Below are positions 47,321 through 58,208 of a stretch of 64,000 bases of DNA, in pieces. The position numbers and the translations under genes are program-made. Below the pieces are notes generated by a model that did no database searches, had not been told where the DNA came from, and was given only the letters and a program-made list of their open reading frames with translations. Position 1 is the first letter of the stretch, and each line of letters begins with the position of its first letter. Origin of the DNA: Candidatus Moraniibacteriota bacterium (GTDB lineage Bacteria > Patescibacteriota > Minisyncoccia > Moranbacterales > UBA1568); assembly GCA_028688415.1 (NCBI GenBank), contig JAQTYF010000001.1, positions 208,627 to 272,626 on the forward strand. Reading direction: 5' to 3'.

Positions 47321-48001
47321 ATGTATACTATGCACGATCACAAACACTGTCAGTTAGCTGCATCAATAATTTGTGGCAATTCTTTCAATCTTGAGTCGGA
47401 TTTGGCTGCTCTTGAAAAAGGGGGAATTGATTATATTCATTTTGATGTGATGGATGGAGTATTTGTTCCACGCTTTGGATTGTTTCCTGAATATTTGAAA
47501 GCTATTCGCTCCAAGACAAATCTTCCGATAGAGGTTCATATGATGGTGCAGGATCCGGAGCCGTATATTCAGGACTTCGTGAATGCTGGAGCGACAATGC
47601 TTACTCCGCACATAGAGCCGCTTATGCATGTTCATCGCACGGTAATGAAGATTAAGAGTGCAGGCGTTCAGGCTGGGTTGGCACTTAATCCCGGAACACC
47701 ACTTTCATCGCTTGATTCTATTTTGGAAGATTTGGATTTGGTAATGCTGATGGCTATCAATCCTGGTATTGTGGGTCACAAACTTATCCCAAGAACCATG
47801 GGGAAAATTGCGGAGTTGCGAAAAAAAATCGATGAAACAGGCAAGGATATTATGATAGAAATTGATGGTGGTGTCACGCCTACGAGTGGGATTGAAATGG
47901 TCAGGGCGGGTGCAAATATGTTGGTGTGTGGTACAGGGACAATTTTTCAGCCACCAGCAAAACTGGATGACAAGATACGAGAATTTCGATTGACATTATA
48001 A
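47321..48001 (+). CDS. ribulose-phosphate 3-epimerase family protein
   Basis: HFDVMDGVFVP and LMAINPG..G motifs align with Rpe. Confidence 0.7.
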   Translation: MYTMHDHKHCQLAASIICGNSFNLESDLAALEKGGIDYIHFDVMDGVFVPRFGLFPEYLKAIRSKTNLPIEVHMMVQDPEPYIQDFVNAGATMLTPHIEPLMHVHRTVMKIKSAGVQAGLALNPGTPLSSLDSILEDLDLVMLMAINPGIVGHKLIPRTMGKIAELRKKIDETGKDIMIEIDGGVTPTSGIEMVRAGANMLVCGTGTIFQPPAKLDDKIREFRLTL

Positions 48002-48018
48002 TTACTAGAAATATTGAT

Positions 48019-49602
48019 ATGGCAGGTGATATGGCATATAAGGTTTTGATTACAACATCTGGTACAGGATCGAGACTCGGTGATATAACAAAATATACGA
48101 ATAAATCTCTCGTGAAAGTCGGTAAAAAACCGGCTATTTCGTACATCATTGAAGCATATCCAAAGAATACTGAATTTGTTATCACCGTCGGATATTTTGG
48201 AAATCAGGTCCGAGATTTTTTGAAACTTGTCTATCCGGAAAAAAACTTCAAATTTGTTGAAGTTGATAAATATGAAGGGAAAGGAAGTAGTTTGGGATAT
48301 TCTATGTTGCAAGCGGCATCTCAATTGCAATGTCCATTTATTTACCATGCTTGCGATACAATTATATCTGGAAAAATACTAAAACCAAAAAAGAATTGGA
48401 TAGGGGGATTTCTCGGGGAGGGTTCCTCTCATTACGCTTCATTTGATGTTGTTGATGGGAAAGTGCAACAGATGTATGACAAAGGAATGATAGATCCTGA
48501 TTTTTTGCATATCGGGTTGATAGGTGTACAAGAATATAAATCTTTTTGGGAAAATTTGAAAGAATTGCATAGGAAAAATCCAACCAACGGTGCTCTCAAT
48601 GACGTTGAAGTAATTAGTAAGATGATAGGACAAGGGAGTGAATTTGGAGTCGTTCCGTTTGAGGAATGGTACGACATCGGCAATGTCGAGAGCTTGCATA
48701 AGGCGCGGGTTGAGATCGAAGATTCGTTTAGGATTCTTGACAAATCAGATGAATCGATTTTTATTTTTGATAAGTTTGTAGTGAAGTTTTTTTATGATGA
48801 GAAAACTGTTGCGCAGCGCGTTGAAAGAGGGAGGCTTCTTAGAGGACTTGCGCCTGAAATTGAGGGATCAACAAAGAATTTTTATCGTTATAAGTATGCA
48901 AACGGAAAATTGTATTCGAAGGTCGCCACCCCGATAGATTTTGGTACATTTTTGCGTTGGTCAAAGAAAAATCTTTGGAAGCCGAATCGGGAGGTTTCCG
49001 ATCAAGAATTTAAAAAAATCTGTTATGATTTTTATTATAAAAAAACAGTGGAGCGAGTAGAAAAGTTTTTAGTTTCACGCAAGGTGAAGGACGCGGAGAT
49101 TGTCATCAATGGTGAAAAAGTTCCTACTATCAAAAAAATGCTCAAGATGATTGATTTTGATTGGCTATGTAATGCAAAGCAAAGTGGGTTTCATGGAGAT
49201 TTCATCCTTGATAATCTTTTGAAAAAAGGTAAGTCAGGGTATGTGCTTTTGGATTGGCGTCAGAACTTCGGAGGGCTTCTGAAGTCGGGGGATATGTATT
49301 ATGATCTTTCGAAGTTAAATCACAATTTGACGGTGAATCATGAAATCGTGAATAATGATTTGTTCAAAATTGAGATAGAAAAGGACGAAGTGACTTGTGA
49401 TATTCATCGGAAAGAGAACCTTGTCCAGTGTCAGAAAGCATTATTTGAGTTTCTTCAAAAAAACGGATATGATACAAAGAAGGTGAAAATATTGACTGCA
49501 TTGATTTGGCTCAATATGTCACCGCTTCATCATCATCCTTTTGATCTTTTTTTGTTTTATTTCGGGAAATTAAATCTCTGGCGCGCGCTCAACGAAAAAT
49601 AG
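48019..49602 (+). CDS. bifunctional sugar-phosphate nucleotidyltransferase (N) / APH-ChoK-like kinase (C)
   Basis: N-terminal LITTSGTGSRLG nucleotidyltransferase motif. C-terminal HGDFILDNLL and LLDWRQ kinase motifs. Confidence 0.6.
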   Translation: MAGDMAYKVLITTSGTGSRLGDITKYTNKSLVKVGKKPAISYIIEAYPKNTEFVITVGYFGNQVRDFLKLVYPEKNFKFVEVDKYEGKGSSLGYSMLQAASQLQCPFIYHACDTIISGKILKPKKNWIGGFLGEGSSHYASFDVVDGKVQQMYDKGMIDPDFLHIGLIGVQEYKSFWENLKELHRKNPTNGALNDVEVISKMIGQGSEFGVVPFEEWYDIGNVESLHKARVEIEDSFRILDKSDESIFIFDKFVVKFFYDEKTVAQRVERGRLLRGLAPEIEGSTKNFYRYKYANGKLYSKVATPIDFGTFLRWSKKNLWKPNREVSDQEFKKICYDFYYKKTVERVEKFLVSRKVKDAEIVINGEKVPTIKKMLKMIDFDWLCNAKQSGFHGDFILDNLLKKGKSGYVLLDWRQNFGGLLKSGDMYYDLSKLNHNLTVNHEIVNNDLFKIEIEKDEVTCDIHRKENLVQCQKALFEFLQKNGYDTKKVKILTALIWLNMSPLHHHPFDLFLFYFGKLNLWRALNEK

Positions 49603-49607
49603 GAACT

Positions 49608-50147
49608 ATGAAAAAGAAAACAATCAAAAATTTCATATTGGATGTCGATGGCGTTTTCACTGATGGTAAATTCTATTACACCATCGATGGTAAGGTGATG
49701 AAAAAATTTGGTCCAGAAGACAATGACGCTCTTTCTCTTTTGAAAGACAGGTTGCATCTCCATGCTATTTCAGGCGATAAGAATGGATTTGCTATTACTA
49801 AAAGAAGGATTGCTGATGATATGAAACTCCCACTAGATCAGGTGAGCACATTTGAACGTATGGAATGGATTCGTGAGCGATTCGACCCAGAGGAGACTAT
49901 TTACATGGGGGATGGTATATTCGATCCGCTCGTTTTTAAATATGTTGCATATAGCATTGCACCAGCTAACGCATTCTATAAGACGAAGGAACAAGCAGAC
50001 TTTGTCACCGAGGCAAGAGGAGGAGAAGGCGCAGTTGCGGAAGCGTGCCTCCATATATTGGAAAAGTTTTTTGATGAATCATTCGATATACATTCGCTCG
50101 ACCTCAAGAATGGATCGGGCGCGTGGACAAATAAAAAGTCAGTATAG
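49608..50147 (+). CDS. HAD-superfamily phosphatase, KdsC-like
   Basis: FILDVDGVFTDGK motif I and GDGIFD motif. Confidence 0.65.
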   Translation: MKKKTIKNFILDVDGVFTDGKFYYTIDGKVMKKFGPEDNDALSLLKDRLHLHAISGDKNGFAITKRRIADDMKLPLDQVSTFERMEWIRERFDPEETIYMGDGIFDPLVFKYVAYSIAPANAFYKTKEQADFVTEARGGEGAVAEACLHILEKFFDESFDIHSLDLKNGSGAWTNKKSV

Positions 50148-50173
50148 GTTTTTTATAAATAAAATTTATTGTA

Positions 50174-51300
50174 TGGAATACATTGAAAGAAAGAAAAGTA
50201 TAATAACAGGAAAAGAAAATCTGGAGCAATTGCATACATTTAAGGATTTTCCGGTTTTCTTTGGTTGTGTTGAATATGGCCCAGAGAAAGACATTAAGGC
50301 TGATATGAGTTGGGCAATATGCCCGGAATCGGGTGTGATTCAGCTGGATAAGCTCATCCCACTTGATATCCTCTATCAGGAGCAACATGTTGACGGAACT
50401 GGTCCGACATGGGAACGGTATTACCATGATTTTGCCGATTATATAAAGAAGCAACCTTCGACGAATATCCTTGAGATCGGGGGCGGTGCAGGGAAGCTTG
50501 CCGACATTTTCACCGGCATTACTAAAGAAACGTCTTGGACACTCGTTGAACCCAATCCGTTGCACCCGGGGAATGATCGGGTCAAGATTACACGCGCTTT
50601 TTTTGATGAAAATTTCAAGTATGAGGGCGATGTGGATACGGTGGTTTTTTCACAGGTGATGGAACATGCCTACGATCCGAATCAATTCGTGGAATCCATA
50701 GCGAAATTCCTGAAACCAGGTCAAAAACTCATTTGTGCCTATCCGAATTTGAAGTTGTGGCTTGAAAATAAATACACGAACGCTATAAACTTCGAACACA
50801 CTATGTTTTTGACGGACTACTTCGTCGATTATCTCTTTGTTAAGCACGGATTTGTCATAAAGGACAAGTACTTCTACAAGGATCACAGTATATTCTATGT
50901 CGCGGAAAAGCTGGGACAGCCGGCAGTCGCAACCTTCGAAAATCAATACATGGAGTACAAAAAAATATTTAATGATTTCATTCAATATCACCAGGATATC
51001 GTGAGGAATTTGAACGAGAAAATATCCGATTTTGACGGTGAAGTGTATCTCTTTGGTGCACACATTTTTGCACAGTACCTTTTTGAGTTTGGATTAGACC
51101 AAACAAAAATTGTTTCACTGCTTGATAATTCTGGTTTGAAAAAAGAAAAACGCCTTTACGGTACAAATTTGATTGTTCATGGACCGGAGATTCTTCAAGG
51201 TAAAGGGAAAGTCGGTGTGGTTTTGAAAGTCGGTATATATCGGGATGAAATATTGAAACAACTGAAGGAAATAAATCCTGAAGTTATTATTTTTGAATAG
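50174..51300 (+). CDS. class I SAM-dependent (sugar C-methyltransferase-like) methyltransferase
   Basis: ILEIGGGAGKL motif I plus a C-terminal C-methyltransferase-like domain. The listed ORF extension from 49852 overlaps the previous gene and was rejected. Confidence 0.6.
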
Positions 51301-52435
51301 TGCTATGGTAACTGCAATCTGTAATATCTTTATAAACTCGGATTTTAAGCTCAGATTGTTTAAAGAAACGTTTCCGCGTGTATATGATGTTTCTGATAAT
51401 TGGCTTGTAAATATTCGAGGGAAGTATCGCGAGGATGTCATAAAATATATCCAGGAAACTTTTGAGGATTCTGGAGAAAATTGTATTTTTTTCTCTGGAC
51501 TTGATAACGGTGATTGGGCGAGAAGTACCAGTAAAATGCTTGAGAGATCAAGATATGACTACGTTTATGTCTTTCTCGAGGATCATTTTCTCCTGAAATC
51601 ACTTGATCATTTCAAAGATGTTATCCGAGATATGGAAGATAGTGATATAGATTATTTCCAATATTCATTTTTTAACGTTGGGTTACACACGAACAGTATA
51701 GAAAAAATCTACCCGGATTTTACTGATTTCTTTTGTTCATTTATCTTGGAGCCGAAACAGCTTCGTGAAATTAGAAAGAATCATAAATATTTTTTTCCCT
51801 ATTCTCTTGCTAGTGTAGCTTCTAAGCGTTATTTTCTGAAGTTGTTAGAGCTAGAAAGAAAAAAAATAGTAAAAGTACCTTCTATTCTTCAAGAAATTCT
51901 AGGGAAGATATTTCTTCGTCATCCAAAAAACAGATTGCTTTGGTTTGTTCTTAATAAAATGATTACGAAAATTGGTTTTCGTCTCGCAATTTATTCTCCT
52001 GCTACGCCGTTTAATTTGGAGAAGTCTCTTTTTGATTTTGACGAGGAATTAATGTCAATTAAAGTTGGTGTTCTAACGGAAGAACTTTTTGCGAATTGGG
52101 ATGATGACAATGGTGTATCTGACACATCTCTTATGAAGCGTGGGTTGTACCCATTATCTTTTGTGGTTAATGATGTTAATTATGAACCATCTATTTTAAA
52201 AAAATATAACCAATCAAAAGAAAGGAGTTTAAAGTTTCAATATTATGCGGATAAGTCACGTATTACTACTGTTCCATTGAAATATATTTCTGTTGAAAGT
52301 GGGTCATTGAAAATTGTGTCATCTTTGGAAACGGTAAATTTAAATGCTGGAGAATACGTGTGGGTTGCTGCAAATATCCCACATATGATTACGGCAATAG
52401 AAGATTGCTGGTATAATGTATATATACGAGATTAA
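51293..52435 (+). CDS. hypothetical protein (380 aa), glycan-cluster context
   Basis: ORF only. Confidence 0.4.
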   Translation: MNSAMVTAICNIFINSDFKLRLFKETFPRVYDVSDNWLVNIRGKYREDVIKYIQETFEDSGENCIFFSGLDNGDWARSTSKMLERSRYDYVYVFLEDHFLLKSLDHFKDVIRDMEDSDIDYFQYSFFNVGLHTNSIEKIYPDFTDFFCSFILEPKQLREIRKNHKYFFPYSLASVASKRYFLKLLELERKKIVKVPSILQEILGKIFLRHPKNRLLWFVLNKMITKIGFRLAIYSPATPFNLEKSLFDFDEELMSIKVGVLTEELFANWDDDNGVSDTSLMKRGLYPLSFVVNDVNYEPSILKKYNQSKERSLKFQYYADKSRITTVPLKYISVESGSLKIVSSLETVNLNAGEYVWVAANIPHMITAIEDCWYNVYIRD

Positions 52436-52450
52436 TTTTAAAAAAAATCT

Positions 52451-53179
52451 ATGCACATCTATAACAAGGAGTTTTATGAAGATCAGCAGAATGGTTCATA
52501 TATTTCAGCGAAGGAAATATTGCCTATAATTTTTGACTTGATTAATCCGAAATCAATTGTTGATGTAGGATGCGGTGTTGGGACATGGCTTAGTGTATGT
52601 CAGGAACTAGGTGTTGATGATGTGTTGGGATTGGATGGCCCATATGTTTTAGAAGAAATGCTTAAAATATCGGCTACAAAATTTAAAAAAACTGACTTAT
52701 CAAAACCGGTAAATATTTCACGTAAATTTGATTTAGCAATGTCGTTAGAAGTAGCCGAGCATTTATCTGAATCAAGTGCTGATTGTTTTGTTGAATCACT
52801 TACAAATCTGAGTCCTTTTGTGTTTTTTTCTGCAGCTATTCCGTTGCAAGGGGGGCATAATCATGTTAATGAACAATGGCAAGGATATTGGGCTGATCGA
52901 TTTTTTAAAAAAGGATATATAGCTATTGATTGTATTCGCCCTGCTGTTTGGGGGAATGATGCTGTTGAATGGTGGTATGCCCAGAACGCACTACTTTTTG
53001 TAAAAAAAGAAGTACTTGATAGCCGAACAGATCTCCAACTATTGCATCAGAATACTCATAAAAATCAACTTAACTTAGTGCATCCTAAAAATCATATAAG
53101 ATTTTTTGATGCCACTCGCGTTTCTTTGTTTTCTGTTTTGAAGTCTCTTCCGAAGCGCGTTCTGAGTTCTTTTAAGTGA
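52451..53179 (+). CDS. class I SAM-dependent methyltransferase
   Basis: VDVGCGVGTW motif I. Confidence 0.65.
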   Translation: MHIYNKEFYEDQQNGSYISAKEILPIIFDLINPKSIVDVGCGVGTWLSVCQELGVDDVLGLDGPYVLEEMLKISATKFKKTDLSKPVNISRKFDLAMSLEVAEHLSESSADCFVESLTNLSPFVFFSAAIPLQGGHNHVNEQWQGYWADRFFKKGYIAIDCIRPAVWGNDAVEWWYAQNALLFVKKEVLDSRTDLQLLHQNTHKNQLNLVHPKNHIRFFDATRVSLFSVLKSLPKRVLSSFK

Positions 53180-53186
53180 ATGATAT

Positions 53187-54002
53187 ATGTCTGAGCATAT
53201 TTATAATCCCATACTTTCTGTTGTTGTGGCTGTGTTTAACGGGGAAAGATTTCTTTCGGAAGCAATCGATAGTATTTTGAGTCAAACATATGATAATTTT
53301 GAGCTTCTCATCATTAATGATGGGTCTACTGATGACACGGAAAAAATCATTCAAAATTATACAGAAAAAGATGGGCGAATTGTATATATAAAAAATAATG
53401 TTAATTTGAGGCAATCAAGAAGTTGGAATAGAGGTATAAAAATCGCAAAGGGACAATTTATTATCAGGATGGATGCTGATGATATTTGCCTTCCGGATCG
53501 ATTTGAGAAACAGTATCAATATATGCTGTTACATCCTAATATCGGGGTTCTCGGGTCTCATTATTATATATTTTCCAACAATAAAGAAAAAAAAGCTAAA
53601 AACGCCCCTTTTTTTAGTATAATTGATGGGCGACCGCCAGTTCATCATCCAACTTGTTGTATCCGTAAAGAATTATTTGAAAAGTTCGGATATTATGATT
53701 CGCGATATGATAACGCTGAAGATACAGAACTTTGGTATAGATTTTATTCGAGAGGGGTTGAATTTTCTAACTTAGATGATTATCTTTTATTATATAGAGT
53801 ACATGAGAATAATGTGAGTATAAAAAAACAAAAAAAACAAGTTTATTTGCAGTTAAAAATAAACCTTCTCGCTGTATTCAAATATAGGATTAAGTTTTCT
53901 TTGAAGGGATATCTTCGTATATTAGAGCAATTTTTTTATCTTATATATCTTTCGTTTGGATTGGATAAAATTTACCAGAGAGGCAATACAAGTTTAAAAT
54001 GA
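53187..54002 (+). CDS. glycosyltransferase family 2
   Basis: LSVVVAVFNGERFL...LLIINDGSTDDT and DADD motifs. Confidence 0.8.
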   Translation: MSEHIYNPILSVVVAVFNGERFLSEAIDSILSQTYDNFELLIINDGSTDDTEKIIQNYTEKDGRIVYIKNNVNLRQSRSWNRGIKIAKGQFIIRMDADDICLPDRFEKQYQYMLLHPNIGVLGSHYYIFSNNKEKKAKNAPFFSIIDGRPPVHHPTCCIRKELFEKFGYYDSRYDNAEDTELWYRFYSRGVEFSNLDDYLLLYRVHENNVSIKKQKKQVYLQLKINLLAVFKYRIKFSLKGYLRILEQFFYLIYLSFGLDKIYQRGNTSLK

Positions 54003-54003
54003 A

Positions 54004-55104
54004 ATGAAAAAGATTTGCATAGTAAATTTTAATGTTTATTGTCTATTCAATCCAGAGAGTTCTGCTCCTATGGGTGGAGCAGAGTTGGATATGTATACCG
54101 TTGCTAAGGGATTGGAGAGTGCGTATGATGTAACGGTAATTACGGGGGATTGGGGGCAGAAAGAAGATGAAATCTTTGGAAAAATTCATGTTTTTCGTTC
54201 CTTCGAGCTAGGTAAGAAGGGAATGCTTCGATTTTTTCGTGGAGTTTTTTTATTTTGGAATAATCTTTCTCAAGTAGATGCAGATGTCTATATTTCTTCT
54301 GGAGCGGGTCCAGAAATTGGTATAATTGCATTTTTCTGTAAGTTAAAAAAGAAAAAATTTATATATCGTACAGCATCTGAGATTGATTGTAATAAAAAAT
54401 ATATCAACTTAAATGGCATCAAAGGATTGATATATAAATACGGCCTTGAGAATTCCCATCGTATTGTAACGACGGTGCGACAACATAAAAATTTATTAGC
54501 ATGCTCTCATTCAAATACTGAGAATAAGGTTTTGCATATCAATCTCGGTATATTTTCGGGAAATAAGCAGGAGCAGGGAAAAGATAGTGTTTTATGGGTT
54601 GGTCGCTGTGATTCGTTGAAAAATCCAGACGCCTATATAGATATAGCGAAATATATTTCCGATTATAAGTTTGTTATGATTTGCCCGAGGCAAAAGCATA
54701 ACTCGGATTATTTTGAAGAAATAAAAAGAAAAGCTGAATCCTTGCCGAATATGACGTTTATTGACTTCGTTCCGTTCAAAGACATACAGCCCTACTTTGA
54801 TAAATCGAAAATATTTGTAAATACCTCTGATTTCGAAGGATTTACGTATACTCTAATACAAAGCGGATTGGCACGAACACCAGTAGTCTATCTGAATGTC
54901 AATCCCGATGAGGTTATTACGAAGCATAATATTGGATATGTTGCGGATGGCGACAAAGAAAAAATGGCTGAACAGATAAGTATGCTTTTGAACGATGAGA
55001 AAGACTGGAAAGAAAAATCAGAAAATGCTTTCCGATATGTAAAAGAAAACCACGATATAAATATCGTGGGAGAGCAATGGAAAAATCTTCTAGAAGAAAT
55101 TTAA
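54004..55104 (+). CDS. glycosyltransferase family 4 (GT-B)
   Basis: C-terminal E-x7-E region TSDFEGFTYTLIQSGLARTPVV. Confidence 0.7.
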   Translation: MKKICIVNFNVYCLFNPESSAPMGGAELDMYTVAKGLESAYDVTVITGDWGQKEDEIFGKIHVFRSFELGKKGMLRFFRGVFLFWNNLSQVDADVYISSGAGPEIGIIAFFCKLKKKKFIYRTASEIDCNKKYINLNGIKGLIYKYGLENSHRIVTTVRQHKNLLACSHSNTENKVLHINLGIFSGNKQEQGKDSVLWVGRCDSLKNPDAYIDIAKYISDYKFVMICPRQKHNSDYFEEIKRKAESLPNMTFIDFVPFKDIQPYFDKSKIFVNTSDFEGFTYTLIQSGLARTPVVYLNVNPDEVITKHNIGYVADGDKEKMAEQISMLLNDEKDWKEKSENAFRYVKENHDINIVGEQWKNLLEEI

Positions 55105-55982
55105 ATATTATTCTTCTTAAAAAGAAATTCGTTGCAACCAATGCTTCGTGCTGGATTGGTTTTTTCACATTCGAATCCTCGCTCTTTGAAATAGGAGATA
55201 ATTTTTTCTTCTGATGCGTATTCGTATGGGTATCCGCCGAGCCAATCCTTGATATCAGTCATAAAGCTCATTCCTCGCAGAGAGTGATAGTTTTTTATGT
55301 ACGCGATAGGATTTACAAGATTCAGAGCGAGTCCGATGATGTAATATGTCGTGTAAATAGCTTCGATGATGTGCTTCTCAACACTGCTACTTTTATTGTA
55401 GATTTTTTTAACTTTGAACCAGAAATTTGAGGTTCCTTCCATAAACCGTTGGTTGTCGTTGTAGAGTGCGACATAGAGTTTTCCCTCAGGATTGATGAGC
55501 ACGGTAACGTTCTGGAGCGCCTGATACATATCACCAGTGTGGTGGAGTACCCCCCAGGAATAGACAATATCGAATGCACCAAGCGAATTGATAAAGTTTT
55601 GATCGAGTGCTGACCCTGTTTTTATCTGCCAATGCTCTGGTTTCCCATTCTTTTCATAAAGATATTTGGCACACGCTACCGAAGCATCATCGATATCGAT
55701 ACTCAGGATACTTTTCGCTCCGAGCCGGTACGCCGCCAATGAAAAGAGTCCGCTACCACAACCAATATCAATAAAAGATTTTCCGGTAATATTTTCCTTG
55801 CCACCAAGGAAATCAATAAGTGATTTTTCAGCTTCTTGTATCCTTCTCTCGGTAAGGCTTTTTAGGAAATTTTGCCAATTTTTTCCAAAGCTGAAATGTT
55901 TAATATTTTTATAGCTTTCTTCGTACAGTTCATTTTCCATAAAGTATTCTATTTGATTGTCTTTATTAGAGTATTTTCCCAT
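55101..55982 (-). CDS. class I SAM-dependent methyltransferase
   Basis: IDIGCGSGLFS motif I. Confidence 0.65.
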   Translation of the reverse strand: MGKYSNKDNQIEYFMENELYEESYKNIKHFSFGKNWQNFLKSLTERRIQEAEKSLIDFLGGKENITGKSFIDIGCGSGLFSLAAYRLGAKSILSIDIDDASVACAKYLYEKNGKPEHWQIKTGSALDQNFINSLGAFDIVYSWGVLHHTGDMYQALQNVTVLINPEGKLYVALYNDNQRFMEGTSNFWFKVKKIYNKSSSVEKHIIEAIYTTYYIIGLALNLVNPIAYIKNYHSLRGMSFMTDIKDWLGGYPYEYASEEKIISYFKERGFECEKTNPARSIGCNEFLFKKNNI

Positions 55983-57082
55983 TTTTTTGCTATTTTTTCA
56001 AGTGAAAAAGAGTTTTTAATGGTCTTCTTGGCCTCTTTGGATAACTGACTTCTTACTGTTTCGCTTTTTTGTATCTGTTTGATTGCTTGAACGATATCTG
56101 AACTATTTTTTGCAGGGACGAGCAATCCTGTTTTTCCATTTTCTATTAGAACTCTATTTTCCGGGATATCGGTAGTGATGACTGGAATTCCTGAAGCCAT
56201 AGCCTCCATGATAGCGTTTGACTGCCCTTCAAAGAGGGTTGGTAGAACGAAAAGATCAGATATTTTGAGGAGTTGTGGCACATCGATTCGACGACCGAGA
56301 AAAGAGATGTTGTTTTTAGATTGATAGTTTTGAATCTGGTGTTTCAGATTTTCTTTTTCTATGCCTTCTCCAACAATGAAGAGCTTGAGATTTCTTGCGT
56401 TCTCTGGATTCCCGCTTTCGCGAGAATGACAGAATAGTGATTCGAATGCTTCGAGGAGATAGTAATGTCCTTTATTGATATGAAGATTGGCAACGCAGAT
56501 AATCACGAAATCATCTGGTGCGATGCCGAGAGATTTTTTCAATTCTGAATCAGAGGTGATGGCATCAAAGTATTCGACATCGATGCCATTGGGAATGACA
56601 GTGATTTTGTTAGGATCTACACCGAGGTGCTCGATGTAGAAATCTTTGACTGCCTCAGAATTGGCGAGATAGTCTCTTACAAGAGATTTCGTGAGCCATT
56701 CAAAGATACGTGCGATGAGATATTTCGGATGATTGTATGTGGTACGGAGGAAGGGAATAATAGTTGCTTTAGCCGTATTGTAGAGTGCGAGGCGACCAAG
56801 TATATCAGCATGGAAAAGATATGTGAGAATGATATCAGGATTTTCTTTTGTGACGATTTTACGGAGACGAAGAATACCAGGAATATCGAAAAGACTCTTG
56901 CAGTGAATCGCTTCGACAGTGATGCCAGTAGTGGCGAACTTTGGAGCGAGTTCATCGAGTTCTTTTAAAGTGATAATTTTATGCTCAAAATCATCGAGGA
57001 GAGGAAGTGTACGAAGAAGCATATTCTCGCATCCACCGTTACCAAGAGATTGGATAATATGGAGAATTTTTTTCTTTGGCAT
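55949..57082 (-). CDS. glycosyltransferase family 4
   Basis: LPTLFEGQSNAIMEAMASGIPVITTD motif. Confidence 0.75.
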   Translation of the reverse strand: MPKKKILHIIQSLGNGGCENMLLRTLPLLDDFEHKIITLKELDELAPKFATTGITVEAIHCKSLFDIPGILRLRKIVTKENPDIILTYLFHADILGRLALYNTAKATIIPFLRTTYNHPKYLIARIFEWLTKSLVRDYLANSEAVKDFYIEHLGVDPNKITVIPNGIDVEYFDAITSDSELKKSLGIAPDDFVIICVANLHINKGHYYLLEAFESLFCHSRESGNPENARNLKLFIVGEGIEKENLKHQIQNYQSKNNISFLGRRIDVPQLLKISDLFVLPTLFEGQSNAIMEAMASGIPVITTDIPENRVLIENGKTGLLVPAKNSSDIVQAIKQIQKSETVRSQLSKEAKKTIKNSFSLEKIAKKWENTLIKTIK

Positions 57083-57084
57083 AC

Positions 57085-58173
57085 TTAGTGCGTACCGACG
57101 CAGGTGATACCAGCCTCGGGGTGTTCAAATGATTGTACGTCCTCTAACTTGCTATCGCTGAACCATTTTTCGATTTCTTCAACATAGTAATAGTTACTTT
57201 TTGGAGTCGCGAGAACATCGAAAGCATCGTTGAGCTTCATATTGAAAGGAAAATTCTCGTAGTAGGCAAAGGGGAGTTTCGTAGCAAGCGATTTGAATCC
57301 TATCATCTTGAGGAGTTTCCCGAAAAGATTGATGAGATGAACAATAAATCCAGGAATGTAGCAAAGTTTGAAGAGAATCGGCTTAGGGAGTTTTTTCAAG
57401 AAATCACGAAGCGGTTCATAGAAATAGAGGGCACGAGCATTGTTCCGTCTGTTGTAAACCCAAATAAGCATCTTTCCACCTGCTCTAAGAGTTTTTGGAA
57501 GACGGGAAAATCCATCTTGCGGTTTGGGGAGGTGGTGAAGCACTCCGATCGAATAGGCAATATCGAAAGTATCAGTAAACGGCATATGATAGATGTCGGC
57601 CTGGACAATACAGATGTTCGGAATATCTTTGGTCATTTCGTAGGCGACTCCGACAGTTTCTCCGAGATCTGTTCCAAATGAAATCTCGGTTTCTGAGAGT
57701 CCTGCCCACTTCGTGAAGCGCCCAGACCCGCATCCTATATCAAGTGTCTTTTTTCCTCTCAGATTCTCTTCTTTCAAAAATGGTGAGAGAAAATGAAAGA
57801 AATTGCTTTTCTCGTAATTATTCTCTTTATAGATGTACTTCCATTCGTAGGCGAAACTTTCAGCTGTTTTCTTCTGGTGCTTCCAGAAAGCGTCAAGGTC
57901 AGGAATATTGTCGATAGCTTTCTGCCACTCAGCGTGTATATTTTCGGGTAATTTTTCTTTCCAAGTTTTGAAAAAGTCTTGATGAGTTTGGAGGAGGTTC
58001 GTCTTCAGCTCGTCTATGAGTATTCTAGGAATACCGTTTATGATCGGATACCAAGAACCTGCTGTTGTGACGAGGCCGGAAATTACGTGCGATCCTGCTT
58101 CTTCGAAGACAATAATGTCGAATGGATTATTTGAGACCGGATCAGAGAGATACGAGAGATGATTTCGTCGCAT
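57085..58173 (-). CDS. class I SAM-dependent methyltransferase
   Basis: LDIGCGSGRF motif I. Confidence 0.6.
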   Translation of the reverse strand: MRRNHLSYLSDPVSNNPFDIIVFEEAGSHVISGLVTTAGSWYPIINGIPRILIDELKTNLLQTHQDFFKTWKEKLPENIHAEWQKAIDNIPDLDAFWKHQKKTAESFAYEWKYIYKENNYEKSNFFHFLSPFLKEENLRGKKTLDIGCGSGRFTKWAGLSETEISFGTDLGETVGVAYEMTKDIPNICIVQADIYHMPFTDTFDIAYSIGVLHHLPKPQDGFSRLPKTLRAGGKMLIWVYNRRNNARALYFYEPLRDFLKKLPKPILFKLCYIPGFIVHLINLFGKLLKMIGFKSLATKLPFAYYENFPFNMKLNDAFDVLATPKSNYYYVEEIEKWFSDSKLEDVQSFEHPEAGITCVGTH

Positions 58174-58208
58174 GGTTTCTAAATTTATTGATTAATTTAA
58201 TTATTATA

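Noticed and set aside
49852-50173. 5' extension of the C-methyltransferase ORF to 49852
   Set aside because: It overlaps the KdsC-like phosphatase gene in a different frame. A sensible start is at 50174 (MEYIERKK).
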